64,000 bases of DNA from Myxococcota bacterium (GTDB lineage: Bacteria > Myxococcota_A > UBA9160 > JAFDDA01), in contig OZ245817.1 of assembly GCA_965228475.1 (NCBI GenBank), positions 224,001 through 288,000 on the forward strand, given 5' to 3'. Below, in pieces: positions 1-9,537 of this stretch; the first letter of the stretch is position 1, and every line of letters starts with the position of its first letter. Under the pieces are notes generated by a model. That model was given only the letters and a program-made list of their open reading frames with translations, was not told the DNA's origin and did not search any database. The position numbers were made by a program, and so were the translations under genes.

Positions 1-140
1 AGTACGGTGGCGACCGCGAGTTCGGAGGTGCCGAAGACGAAGGCGAACTGGCGTGTCCAGGCCGTCTGGTAGATCAGCGCGGCGAGACCCGAGAGGAAGA
101 AGCAGATCAGGAGGAGGATCAGGGTGGATCGTTCTCGCAT
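1..140 (-). CDS. N-terminal part of a fused MFS/spermidine synthase-like membrane protein (runs off window)
   Basis: Manual translation MRERSTLILLLICFFLSGLAALIYQTAWTRQFAFVFGTSELAVATV matches the FxxSGxAALxYQxxWxR start typical of this family. Confidence 0.75.
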   Translation of the reverse strand, partial: MRERSTLILLLICFFLSGLAALIYQTAWTRQFAFVFGTSELAVATV

Positions 141-314
141 GGGCTCCAAGAGGTAGCGGAAGAACGAACCTCGGGCACGACTCGCCAGCGGTACTCGGGA
201 CCGGCATTTCGCGTGCAGCCCGGTGCGATTCCGCAGGCGAATCCCGATCCATGACAGGGGTTTCCATGGCGCCTAAGATCCGCCTGTCCCCGGGTTCCAA
301 GGGCGGACGATTCG

Positions 315-1538
315 ATGAGCGACGGTCTCGCGCGCTGTTTTTCTCCGGCCCGGCTGGGCGGGCTCGAGCTGCGCAACCGGCTGATCAAGGCGGCGACCTT
401 CGAGGGCAAGTCGCGCGGCGGGCGGGTGAGCGACGAACTCGTCCAGCTCCATCGCCGCATGGGCGAGGGCGGCGTCGCCATGACCACGCTCGCCTACTGC
501 GCGGCCGAAGCGGACGGCCGTCTCCACGAGCACATGCTCTACATGGACGAGGTCGCGCGGCCCGGTCTCGAGCGGCTCATCGCGGCGGTGCGAGAGACCG
601 GAGCGAAGGTCTCGGGGCAGCTCGGCCACTGCGGGAACTTCACCAAGAACCGGGAGTTCCGCGGCAAGCGCCCGCTCGGACCCTCGCGCGGGATCAACTC
701 CTTCGGGCTGACCCACGGCCTGCCCTTCGCCGGGTCGCTCAGCCAAAGCCAGATCCAGGAGCGCGTGCGGGCCTTCGCGCGCGCCGCGCGCTTCATGGTG
801 GATACGGGTTTCGACGCCATCGAGATCCACTTCGGCCACGGCTACGGCATCAGTCAGTTCATCAGCCCGCGCACCAACCGCCGGACCGACGAATACGGCG
901 GCACGCTCGCGAACCGCATGCGCTTCGGGCTCGAGGTCCTCGAAGCCGTGCGCGCCGAGGTGGGGAGCGGCTTTCCGCTCCTCGCGAAGATCAGCATGAG
1001 CGACGGCGTGAAGGGCGGGGTCCGCTACGAGGACTCCGTCGAGATCGCCGCCATGCTCGAGGCGGGCGGCATCGACGCCATCATCTGCAGCGGCGGGACG
1101 AGCAGCATGAATCCGATGCTGCTCTTCCGCGGCGACAGCCTCGCGCCGGGGCTGATCGAGCAGGAAACCAACCCGATCATGAAACTCGGGATGAAGCTTG
1201 CGGGGCCGCGGCTCTTCCGGGAGTACCCCTACGAGGAGACGTACTTCCTCGAACAAGCCCGGCGCATCCGCGACCGCGTGCAGTGCGGCGTCTGCTACAT
1301 CGGCGGCGTGGCGACTTCCGAGAGCATCGCCCGCGTGATGGACGCCGGCTTCGACTTCATCCAGCTCGGGCGCAGCCTGATCTACGACCCGGACTTCCCG
1401 AAGAGCGCCCAGGCCGACGCCGCGCACGAGAACGGCTGCACCCACTGCAACCGCTGCGCGACGCTGATCGACGCGCCGGCGGGGATCCACTGCGTACTCC
1501 GCCCGAACTCCTTCGCTTCGCGGAGTGCCGAGGCCTAG
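315..1538 (+). CDS. NADH:flavin oxidoreductase (Old Yellow Enzyme family)
   Basis: LRNRLIKAAT, GFDAIEIHFGHGY, NRRTDEYGG motifs; C-terminal CTHCNRC. Confidence 0.9.
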   Translation: MSDGLARCFSPARLGGLELRNRLIKAATFEGKSRGGRVSDELVQLHRRMGEGGVAMTTLAYCAAEADGRLHEHMLYMDEVARPGLERLIAAVRETGAKVSGQLGHCGNFTKNREFRGKRPLGPSRGINSFGLTHGLPFAGSLSQSQIQERVRAFARAARFMVDTGFDAIEIHFGHGYGISQFISPRTNRRTDEYGGTLANRMRFGLEVLEAVRAEVGSGFPLLAKISMSDGVKGGVRYEDSVEIAAMLEAGGIDAIICSGGTSSMNPMLLFRGDSLAPGLIEQETNPIMKLGMKLAGPRLFREYPYEETYFLEQARRIRDRVQCGVCYIGGVATSESIARVMDAGFDFIQLGRSLIYDPDFPKSAQADAAHENGCTHCNRCATLIDAPAGIHCVLRPNSFASRSAEA

Positions 1539-3757
1539 GGGGCGCCGAGCCTCGCGCATTCGAGGCCGCCGGGCGCCGCGCCGCAGACGTCGGCCCGGCC
1601 GTCGCCATCGACGTCCCCGAGGCGGACGGTCATGCCGCGCTCCGTGGCGCCCCAGCCTCCCGCGTTCCCGAAGTGGCGCGAGACGTGATGCACCAGTCGC
1701 GAGAACCGGCCGTCCACCGAGAACAGACAGAGCAGTCCCGCGCCGCCGCGGCCGCAGAGATCGGCGCGGCCGTCGCCGGTGACGTCGCCGAGCTGGACGG
1801 TACGCCAGTAGGCCTCGAGCCCGGACCAGCCCGCGCCGTCGGAGAAGTCGCCCTGGGAGCGCATGGCCGGGTCGCGGAAGGCGCTGGCCCCCGGCTCGGC
1901 GAGGGCGCAGTGGACGCCGTCGCCGCCGCGTTCGCAGAGGTCGGCGTCCCCGTCGGCGTCGAGATCCCCGAGGCGGAGCGTGCGTCCGGCCTGCGCGGCG
2001 GGAAGCCCGAGCGCGGTTCCCCATTCGTTCCCGATCCAGGTCGTGCCCGGCCCGAAGCTCGTGCCGTCGCTCCGGTGGCAGGTGACGCCGTCGCCCGCGC
2101 GGGCGCACAGGTCGCTGCGGCCGTCGCCATCGACGTCGCCGAGCCGCAGGGATCCGAAGACCTCCGGGGCCGTCCCCCCGGCGGCGTCGGCGTAGGCCGA
2201 GGTCCAGAGGGCACGCGAGACGAAGGCGCCGCCGTTCGACTGCACGCACCAGACGCCGGCCGAGCCGCGCGCGCAGAGATCGGCGAGCCCGTCGCCCGTG
2301 ACGTCGCCGAGCATCACCGTCGAGCCGTACATCTCGGCGCCCCAACCGAGGGCGTCGCTGAAGTCGTCGTGCCAGCGGGTCGGCGCGGCGAAGCTCCCGT
2401 CGCCCGCGGCGAGCGCGCACCAGGGGCCGTCGGCCCGGCGCGCGCAGGCGTCGTCGTCGCCGTCGCCATCGAGGTCCGCGAGCCCGAGGCTTCGATAGCG
2501 CGAGGGGTCGGATCCGAACTCGGCGGAGGAGAAGTCCCCGGCGGTCGCGGCGGCGGCGGGAGCGGCGGCGAGCTCCCAGTTGCGGGCCAGCACGTCGCAG
2601 GCCACGACGCCCGGCCCACCCGGCCCCGAGCCGACGCAGAGCCCGCCGCTGCCACGCAGCAGCCCATCACTGAGGAGCGTCAGCCGTTGCGCTTCGACGT
2701 CGGCGCAGGTGTCGAGAAGCAGGGACGCGCCGAGGGTCCACGCGGACGCCGCCACGCAGAGCCCCGAGCCGTGTTCGAGGGTTCCTTCGCCGGCGACGCG
2801 GAAGCGCTGCTCCGGCGCGCCCGAGCACGGTGCGAACGCGAGCGCCGCGCCGACGGTGGGCGAAGCCGCCGCGAGGCAATCGCTGCCCCAGGCGAGCGCG
2901 CCCGCCGCCGGCGTCATCCCCGCGCGGGCGATCTCGCGGTCGTTCCAGGCGTTCGGTCCGGCGCCCGCGTCGAAGCCGTGGTAGACGGACTGGATCGCCC
3001 GGCTCTCGGTCTGCTCGTCCGGCGAGAGGTTCACGGGTTCCGAGCTCGTGTTGTAGGTCCGGTAGGAGCGCAGCACGCGCCCGCCGCCCGCGGCGAGGTG
3101 GGCGTCGAAGGCGAAGCGCGCGCCGTAGATGTGGTCCGAGTGATCGCTCCCGTGGTAGTCGCTCGCGTCCATGATGCGGAGCGTGCGGGGGCGGTGGGTC
3201 GCGATGAGGGCGCGCAGGACCTCGACGAGCTCCGGGCCCGTGTACTGCTGCGCGCCGTCGATCGAGTCGATCGTGGTGCCGGGCCCGCCGGTGCGCAGGA
3301 TCTCGAGGCTCTGGAAGCCGGTGGCCGGGTACCCGCTTCCGCCCGGGTTCCCGTCGGGCAGGCGCAGGTAGACCAGGGTCACCGGGGCGCCGACGAGCCG
3401 GCGCGCCACGAGCGAGCGCCCGGCGACGGAAAGAACGCGCGGCTCCCAGACGTCCGGCACGCCGGCCATGGCCGCGTAGGCGGCCTGCACGCCGAGCTCG
3501 CGGTTCTGCCAGTGGCCGTTGGTCAGGCTGCCGGCGTCGCCCGCGGTCAGGTAGACCGTCCAGGATTCGCCGCCGCCCTGGACCCCGCGCAGCACCGCGG
3601 GGTTCATGAAGTAGGTGTCGTCGTCCTGGTGGGCGACGATCTGCATCTGCTCGATCGAGGCGGGCTTGCAGCCTGGTGCGAGCTGGGTCGCAGCCAGCCC
3701 GGCGAGCAGCCACAGGCGAAGGGAGAGGCGAGGACGGAGCGTGGAGCGGGGGAGCAT
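1535..3757 (-). CDS. Putative lipoprotein: PIG-L/LmbE deacetylase + ricin-B lectin-like + six FG-GAP/VCBS repeats
   Basis: Signal ending LAPGC; AHQDDD, YLTAGD and HSDH PIG-L motifs; C..EQRF / C..AQRL ricin-like repeats; six L[GA]D[VL]xxDGxxDxC repeats; start chosen at MLPRSTL. Confidence 0.8.
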   Translation of the reverse strand: MLPRSTLRPRLSLRLWLLAGLAATQLAPGCKPASIEQMQIVAHQDDDTYFMNPAVLRGVQGGGESWTVYLTAGDAGSLTNGHWQNRELGVQAAYAAMAGVPDVWEPRVLSVAGRSLVARRLVGAPVTLVYLRLPDGNPGGSGYPATGFQSLEILRTGGPGTTIDSIDGAQQYTGPELVEVLRALIATHRPRTLRIMDASDYHGSDHSDHIYGARFAFDAHLAAGGGRVLRSYRTYNTSSEPVNLSPDEQTESRAIQSVYHGFDAGAGPNAWNDREIARAGMTPAAGALAWGSDCLAAASPTVGAALAFAPCSGAPEQRFRVAGEGTLEHGSGLCVAASAWTLGASLLLDTCADVEAQRLTLLSDGLLRGSGGLCVGSGPGGPGVVACDVLARNWELAAAPAAAATAGDFSSAEFGSDPSRYRSLGLADLDGDGDDDACARRADGPWCALAAGDGSFAAPTRWHDDFSDALGWGAEMYGSTVMLGDVTGDGLADLCARGSAGVWCVQSNGGAFVSRALWTSAYADAAGGTAPEVFGSLRLGDVDGDGRSDLCARAGDGVTCHRSDGTSFGPGTTWIGNEWGTALGLPAAQAGRTLRLGDLDADGDADLCERGGDGVHCALAEPGASAFRDPAMRSQGDFSDGAGWSGLEAYWRTVQLGDVTGDGRADLCGRGGAGLLCLFSVDGRFSRLVHHVSRHFGNAGGWGATERGMTVRLGDVDGDGRADVCGAAPGGLECARLGAP

Positions 3758-3849
3758 GGACACCTCGATCCCGTGTTCTACCACGGATCGAGGCCCCGGC
3801 GGCGGTGCGAGGCCGGCCCCGGCGGGCAGGGCCGGCCCGAGGCCCGGCG

Positions 3850-4227
3850 CTAGCCCATCCGGTAGAGGTACTCCTCCTGGACGATCTTGCCGGCCTTCAG
3901 CGTGTAGAGCCCGACCTCGCTCATCTGCTGCCGCTCGCCCGAGGCCTTCGGCGTGACGTCGAGATCGAACTGGACGACGAACTGATCCTCGCGGTGGCCG
4001 CAGAAGGGCCCGGTGGCCTGGGTCGCGTGGACCTCGTGGTTGTCGAACCACCAGGCGTGCTTGCCCCGGATGGCGGCGATGCCTTCCATGCGGCCGGGCA
4101 TCTCCTCGGAGTCCTGGCCTTCGATGCTCACGATGTTCTCGTCGTAGTACTTGTCGAGGATCTCGGCTTCCTTGTCCTTGTTGACGAGGCGGACGAACTC
4201 GGTTCCGATTTCGACGGCTTGGCTCAT
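3850..4227 (-). CDS. SnoaL-like/NTF2-family protein
   Basis: YDENIVSIE, GIAAIRGKHAWW, EVGLYT..GKIVQEEYLY; SD-like GGAGGA before ATG. Confidence 0.85.
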   Translation of the reverse strand: MSQAVEIGTEFVRLVNKDKEAEILDKYYDENIVSIEGQDSEEMPGRMEGIAAIRGKHAWWFDNHEVHATQATGPFCGHREDQFVVQFDLDVTPKASGERQQMSEVGLYTLKAGKIVQEEYLYRMG

Positions 4228-4349
4228 GACGTTTCCTCCCTTGGGACGCGGCACGTTAGACTACCCTGGGCGGCGCGCCGTGCGGCGCGTGCCCAGCCGG
4301 TCTGCTGACGCCATGCTGTCAGGAGACCCTCGCGAAAGGAAGCCCGTTC

Positions 4350-5954
4350 ATGGCCGAAGACACCGCCGACGTCCTGGTCATCGGCGCAGGCGCCGCAGGC
4401 GCTGCCTTCTCCTGGGCCATGGCCGAGACGCGCATGAAGATCGTGTGTCTCGAGCAGGGCGGCTGGATGGACCCGGGTCAGTATCCCACCACGGGCATGG
4501 ACTGGGAGATGCAGCGCTTCGGCGCCTTCGGCTTCAGCCCGAACGCCCGCGGCCGCCGCGAAGACTACCCCGTCAACGACACGGACTCGCCGATCAAGAT
4601 CTCGAACTTCAACGCGGTCGGCGGGAGCACCGTCCTCTACGCCGCGCACTTCCCGCGCTTCCATCCGTCGGACTTCCGCGTGAAGAGCCTCGACGGCGTC
4701 GGGGACGACTGGCCGATCGACTACGAGACGCTCGCGCCGTACTACGACGAGAACGCGCGCATGATGGGCGTGGCGGGCCTCGCCGGGGACCCGGCGTACC
4801 CGCCGAAGGAGCCGACGCTGCCGCCGGTGCCGCTCGGCAAGCTCGGCGAAACCCTCGGCCGCGGCTTCAACCGCCTGGGCTGGCACTGGTGGCCGTCCGA
4901 CAGCGCCATCGCCACGGCGGAGCACGGCGGCCGCGCGCCCTGCATCAACCTCGGCCCCTGCATCATGGGCTGCGCCCAGGGAGCGAAGGGCAGCACCGAC
5001 GTCACCTACTGGCCCGTGGCGGTGCGCGAGGGCGTCGAGCTGCGAACGCACAGCCGGGTCGCCGAGATCACCGTCGGAGCGGACGGCCTGGCCGACGGCG
5101 CCGTCTACTTCGACGCGGAGGGGAACGAGCGGCGCGTGAAGGCCGAGATCGTCGTCGTGGCGTGCAACGGCGTCGGGACGCCGCGGCTGCTCCTGAACTC
5201 GGCGTCCAAGGCCTTTCCGGACGGCCTCGCCAACCGCAGCGGCCTCGTCGGCAAGAACCTCATGTTCCATCCCTACGGGATGATCACCGGGGTCTTCGAG
5301 GAACCCCTCGAAGGCTACAAGGGCCCGACGGGCTGCTGCCTGATCAGCCAGGAGTTCTACGAGACGGACGCGTCGCGCGACTTCGTGCGCGGCTACACGT
5401 TCGAGACCCTGCGCGGCATGGGACCGGTGGAGACGGCGATGCTCGGTCTCTCGACCGGACGGGTCCCGATGGGCCGCGAGCACCATGAAGCGTATGCCGC
5501 GCTCTGGAACCGCACGGCCGGCATGGTCGCGATCTGCGAGGACCTTCCGGAAGAGTCGAACACCGTGACGATCGACCCGGAGCTGCGTGACGCGGACGGC
5601 ATCCCCTGTCCCAAGATCGACTACACCCTCTCGCAGAACAGCCGCGACATGCTCGACCACGCCGTCGCGCGCGGCGTCGAGATCCTCGAAGCCGCGGGCG
5701 CGAAGGACACGATGCACACGGCGCCGCTCCCGCCCGCCGGCTGGCACCTCATGGGCACGGCCCGCATGGGCGAAGACCCCGAGCGCTCCGTCGTCGATGG
5801 CTTCGGCCGGAGCCACGACGTGAAGAACCTGTTCGTGATCGACGGCAGCGTGTTCGTGACCTCGGCGGCGGTGAACCCGACCAACACGCTCCAGGCGCTG
5901 GCGCTCCGCACCGCCGACTACATCAAGCAGAACCTCACCACCCTCTTCGACTGA
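4350..5954 (+). CDS. GMC-family FAD oxidoreductase
   Basis: VIGAGAAG, VGGSTV, CxxxGxCxxGC, HLMGTARMG, NPTNT. Confidence 0.9.
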   Translation: MAEDTADVLVIGAGAAGAAFSWAMAETRMKIVCLEQGGWMDPGQYPTTGMDWEMQRFGAFGFSPNARGRREDYPVNDTDSPIKISNFNAVGGSTVLYAAHFPRFHPSDFRVKSLDGVGDDWPIDYETLAPYYDENARMMGVAGLAGDPAYPPKEPTLPPVPLGKLGETLGRGFNRLGWHWWPSDSAIATAEHGGRAPCINLGPCIMGCAQGAKGSTDVTYWPVAVREGVELRTHSRVAEITVGADGLADGAVYFDAEGNERRVKAEIVVVACNGVGTPRLLLNSASKAFPDGLANRSGLVGKNLMFHPYGMITGVFEEPLEGYKGPTGCCLISQEFYETDASRDFVRGYTFETLRGMGPVETAMLGLSTGRVPMGREHHEAYAALWNRTAGMVAICEDLPEESNTVTIDPELRDADGIPCPKIDYTLSQNSRDMLDHAVARGVEILEAAGAKDTMHTAPLPPAGWHLMGTARMGEDPERSVVDGFGRSHDVKNLFVIDGSVFVTSAAVNPTNTLQALALRTADYIKQNLTTLFD

Positions 5955-5962
5955 GAAACCCC

Positions 5963-6415
5963 ATGCCGTTCTCCCCGCAAGACACCGCCACGCTTTCGGC
6001 CGTCCTCGACGAGATCATTCCGCCCAGCGAGGATGGCCGCATGCCCGGCGCCGGCGAAGTCGGCCTCGCCGCCTACATCGAGGAGGTCATCGGGCGTTCG
6101 CCGGAGCTCGGGCCGGCGGTCGAACAGGGGCTCTCGGCGCTCGACGCTGCGGCACGAGAGGCGGGCGGCGCCTTCGCCGAGCTCGATGCGGCGACCCGCG
6201 AGGCGGTCCTGAACGGCATCGCGGGGGAGCAGCCGGCCTTCTTGCCGGGGCTCGCCTTCCAGACCTTCACCGGGTACTACCAGCAGCCGCGCGTGCTCGA
6301 GGGCCTCGGCCTCGAAGGGCGCCCGCCGCACCCGAAGGGCTTCCCGCTCGAGGAGGGCGACCTCGGCCTGCTCGACCCGGTGCGCGAACGCGGGCAGCGC
6401 TACCGCGAGGCCTGA
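5963..6415 (+). CDS. Gluconate 2-dehydrogenase subunit 3-like protein
   Basis: DEIIPP..MPGAGE, FAELD, GYYQQP; directly after the GMC gene. Confidence 0.8.
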   Translation: MPFSPQDTATLSAVLDEIIPPSEDGRMPGAGEVGLAAYIEEVIGRSPELGPAVEQGLSALDAAAREAGGAFAELDAATREAVLNGIAGEQPAFLPGLAFQTFTGYYQQPRVLEGLGLEGRPPHPKGFPLEEGDLGLLDPVRERGQRYREA

Positions 6416-6438
6416 ACGGAGCGAGGCTCGAGCAGCGG

Positions 6439-6840
6439 TCAGGGCGCCGGGTCGAGCCGGACCGCCAGCGAGCGCGAAGCGTCCACGAACATCCCGACCC
6501 AGCGGTCCCGCCAGCCGTAGCGGGCGCGCAGGGCGGCGCGCACGTCGCCGGAGCGGCCGGGAACCGTCTGCGCGCGAAACTCGCGCGCGGCCGCGCCCTC
6601 GAACTCGAGCCGCAGCCGCGGGTCTTCGAGCACGTCGCGGTACCAGGCGTTCTCCGGCGTCCCGGCTTCGAGCCATGGATCCCCGTCGAGCTCGGCGACC
6701 CAGACGTGGGTCGTGCGCGGTTCGCCGCCCGCCGGGTACGTCGTGATGCGGGCGACCTCGGAGGATTCGAGCGCCCAGTAGGTGACGAGAAGAAAGGCCG
6801 CGAGCAGCACCGCTCCGAGGAGCAGCAGCCTGCGTGCCAC
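6439..6840 (-). CDS. Split-barrel (DUF2255/deazaflavin nitroreductase-like) protein with N-terminal membrane anchor
   Basis: GTG start overlaps the ADH stop; hydrophobic N-terminus; RTTHVWV, WYRDVLEDP, RARYGWRD. Confidence 0.6.
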   Translation of the reverse strand: MARRLLLLGAVLLAAFLLVTYWALESSEVARITTYPAGGEPRTTHVWVAELDGDPWLEAGTPENAWYRDVLEDPRLRLEFEGAAAREFRAQTVPGRSGDVRAALRARYGWRDRWVGMFVDASRSLAVRLDPAP

Positions 6841-8039
6841 TAGGCGAGGATCTCCTCGAGGATCCCCTCGCACTCGGGCTGGCTCATGTAGCGGGGCACC
6901 GGGTAGTTGAGATGCGCCTCGGCCAGGGCCTGCTTCGCGATCGCGGGGATGTCCTCGCGCTTCAGGGCCTCGAGCTGGTAGGGGATGCCGATCTCCGCCA
7001 TCAGCTTGCGGACGGCGCCGATGAACGCCTCGGCCTTGTCCGCCTGGCTCGCGCCCGGCAGGCCGACGAGGTCCGCGAGCTCGGCCAGCCGGGCCTCGGC
7101 CTCCGAGCGCGAGAAGTCGAGCACGTGGGGCAGCGCGATCGCGTTCGCCATGCCGTGGGGCGTCCCGTAGTACGCGCCGAAGGTGTGCGCGATCGCGTGG
7201 ACGTAGCCGACGCTCGTGCGCGTGAAGGCCAGGCCGGCGTAGTAGGAGGCCAGTGCCATTCCCTTGCGCGCGTCGAGGTCCGCGCCCTCGGCGCAGGCCC
7301 GGGGAAGGTTCTCGAAGATCAGCTTCACCGCGGCCCTGGCCCAGCGTTCGGTCTGGGCGGTGCTCGTGTTCGCGACGAAGGACTCGACGGCGTGGGTGAG
7401 GGCGTCCATGCCGGTGGCCGCGGTGATCGGCTGCGGCAGCCCCGCCATCAGCGACGGGTCGAGGGCCGCCATCGAAGGCAGGAGCTTCGGGTCGATGAAG
7501 AACTTCTTGGTGTGGGTCTTCGGGTCGGAGACCACGGCCGCGACGGTCACCTCCGAGCCCGTGCCCGCCGTGGTCGGGATGGCGTAGAGCGGGAGCGGCG
7601 CGTTGCGCACCTTCATCATGCCTTCGAGCTTGTGGGCGTCGCCGCCGTTGGTCGCCATGCCGCTGATCACCTTGGCGGCGTCCATGGGCGAGCCGCCGCC
7701 GAGGGCGAGAATCGCGTCGCAGCCTTCGCGTTCGAGCTGCGCGTGCCCGGCGTCGACCTGGTCGAAGTTCGGGTCGGGCTCGACGCCGTCGTAGACCGCG
7801 AAGTCGAGGCCCGCGCCCGAGAGGTTCTCGGTCACGCGGGCGACGATGCCGACCTTCGTGAGCCCGGCGTCGGTCACCACGAGCACCTTCTTGGCGCCGG
7901 TCTGGGCGATGGATTCGCAGAGCTGGGCGGTCGCGTTCTCGCCGATGAAGGTCATCGGCACGCGGTCCGGCAGGAGCTTCGAGAGCGGCTTGGCGACGGC
8001 GAGGCCGGCGCCGTGGAGGGCTTTCTTGAGGGTGAACAT
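6840..8039 (-). CDS. Iron-containing alcohol dehydrogenase
   Basis: GGGSPMDAAK, PTTAGTGSE, GMDALTHAVE, HAIAH, HGMAN. Confidence 0.95.
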   Translation of the reverse strand: MFTLKKALHGAGLAVAKPLSKLLPDRVPMTFIGENATAQLCESIAQTGAKKVLVVTDAGLTKVGIVARVTENLSGAGLDFAVYDGVEPDPNFDQVDAGHAQLEREGCDAILALGGGSPMDAAKVISGMATNGGDAHKLEGMMKVRNAPLPLYAIPTTAGTGSEVTVAAVVSDPKTHTKKFFIDPKLLPSMAALDPSLMAGLPQPITAATGMDALTHAVESFVANTSTAQTERWARAAVKLIFENLPRACAEGADLDARKGMALASYYAGLAFTRTSVGYVHAIAHTFGAYYGTPHGMANAIALPHVLDFSRSEAEARLAELADLVGLPGASQADKAEAFIGAVRKLMAEIGIPYQLEALKREDIPAIAKQALAEAHLNYPVPRYMSQPECEGILEEILA

Positions 8040-8108
8040 GGCGGTTTCTCCTCGAGGGGTTGCCGAGAGCGCGCGCTCGGCCCCGAAGCGGCCGGGCGAG
8101 CCCCGATG

Positions 8109-9476
8109 CTACTCGACGTAGCCCAGTTCGCGAAGGCGCTCGCGCAGCGCCGGGTCGAGCTCGACGTTCTCCTTCGAGCGCCAGTCGAGGCCCCCGGCGT
8201 GCCGGCGGACGGCGGCCTCGCGCGCGTCGAGCAGGGCGCGGCGTCCGGCCGAGAGCGGGCGGGGGGATTGCTCGTTCGGATCGCTCTCGAGGTCGAACTC
8301 CGCCGCGGCGCCCGTCTTCCGGTTGACGAGGGCCTTCCAGCCGTCTCCGCGCAGGGCGGCCTGGGAGCGGAGCGTCAGGAGCTTGGCTCCGCCCGAGGGC
8401 GGCGGCCCTCCCGCGAGGTGGGGCGAGAGGTCCCGGCCGAGCGCCTCGGGCAGGGGCGGCAGGCCGGCCAGGCCGAGGAGCGTCGGCGCGACGTCGTCGA
8501 GCCCGATGACGGCGTCCGAACGCGAACCCTCCGGGATCACCCCGGGCTGCACCCACACGAACGGCACGCGGACCGACGTCTCGAAGAGGTTCCGGAAGTG
8601 ACCCTTCTGTCCGTGCTCGAAGAACTCGTCGCCGTGGTCGGACACCAGGGCGAGGACGGTCGCGCTTCCCTGGGCTTCGATCACCTGGAGGAGCGGGGCG
8701 AGCTGCTCGTCGAGCCAGCGGATCTCGCCGTCGTAGCGTGCCCGGAGGTGTTCCAGATCGCGCGGGTCCATGTCGGCCGAGATCGCGTCGTTGTGCTCGA
8801 AGTTCGTGACGTCGAGGTCGCCGTCGTAGTCCGGGTCGAACATCCGGTCGTAGGGGGCCGGCGGAACGTAGTCGTAGTGGACGTCCCAGAGATGGACGAA
8901 CAGGAAGTACGGGCGTGCATCGCCCGCGCCCGCTTCGAGCCAGGCGAGGGCGTTCCCGACGACCTGGGGCGCGGTCTCGTCGGCGTGGGAGTCCGCGTGG
9001 GCATCGAGGGTCGGCGGGAAGCTCGCGCCCCCGCCCTGGTAGTTCTCGTAGCGCTCGAAGCCCCGGTCGAAGCCGTAGGCGCGGTGCAGGAACGGGGCGG
9101 AGACGAACCCCGCCGTCCGGTAGCCCGCTTCCCGGAGGTGCTCCGCCAGGAGCTGCCGCTCCGGATCGATCCGGTCCGACGGCGTCGCGACGCGGTGGCC
9201 CGGAATCGGCAGGCCCGTCATCAGGGTCACGTGGCTCGGGAGCGTCCAGGACGTCGGCGAGACGGCCTGGGTGAAGACCATGCCGCGTTCGCAGAGCCCG
9301 TCGATGGCGGGGCTCGTCGGACGTTCTGCGCCGTAGCAGCCGAGGCCGTCGGCGCGCAGGCTGTCGATCGAGATGAGGACGAGGTTCGGGCCCGAAGGCA
9401 CGGGTTCCGCCGTGCAGGCGAGGAGCGCGAGCAGTGACAGGGGCACGAGCGAGGCGAAGCGAGCGCGGAGGAACAC
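8109..9476 (-). CDS. Sulfatase-like (alkaline phosphatase superfamily) lipoprotein
   Basis: Lipobox LLAC; SIDSLRAD, WTLPSH, SDHGDEF, C-terminal LRELGYV. Confidence 0.85.
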   Translation of the reverse strand: MFLRARFASLVPLSLLALLACTAEPVPSGPNLVLISIDSLRADGLGCYGAERPTSPAIDGLCERGMVFTQAVSPTSWTLPSHVTLMTGLPIPGHRVATPSDRIDPERQLLAEHLREAGYRTAGFVSAPFLHRAYGFDRGFERYENYQGGGASFPPTLDAHADSHADETAPQVVGNALAWLEAGAGDARPYFLFVHLWDVHYDYVPPAPYDRMFDPDYDGDLDVTNFEHNDAISADMDPRDLEHLRARYDGEIRWLDEQLAPLLQVIEAQGSATVLALVSDHGDEFFEHGQKGHFRNLFETSVRVPFVWVQPGVIPEGSRSDAVIGLDDVAPTLLGLAGLPPLPEALGRDLSPHLAGGPPPSGGAKLLTLRSQAALRGDGWKALVNRKTGAAAEFDLESDPNEQSPRPLSAGRRALLDAREAAVRRHAGGLDWRSKENVELDPALRERLRELGYVE

Positions 9477-9537
9477 GCGAAGAAGACTATCAGAGCCCGG
9501 CTCGGAAGTTGTGCTTTGGCCCCCGGCCTGGTCCGGG

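Noticed and set aside
1560..2490. Recurring GCCGTCGCC..CGACGTC DNA repeats as an array
   Set aside because: They encode the FG-GAP protein repeats
53..3853. 1266-aa plus-strand ORF
   Set aside because: Arg/Pro/Gly-rich shadow frame overlapping two well-supported genes; typical high-GC artefact
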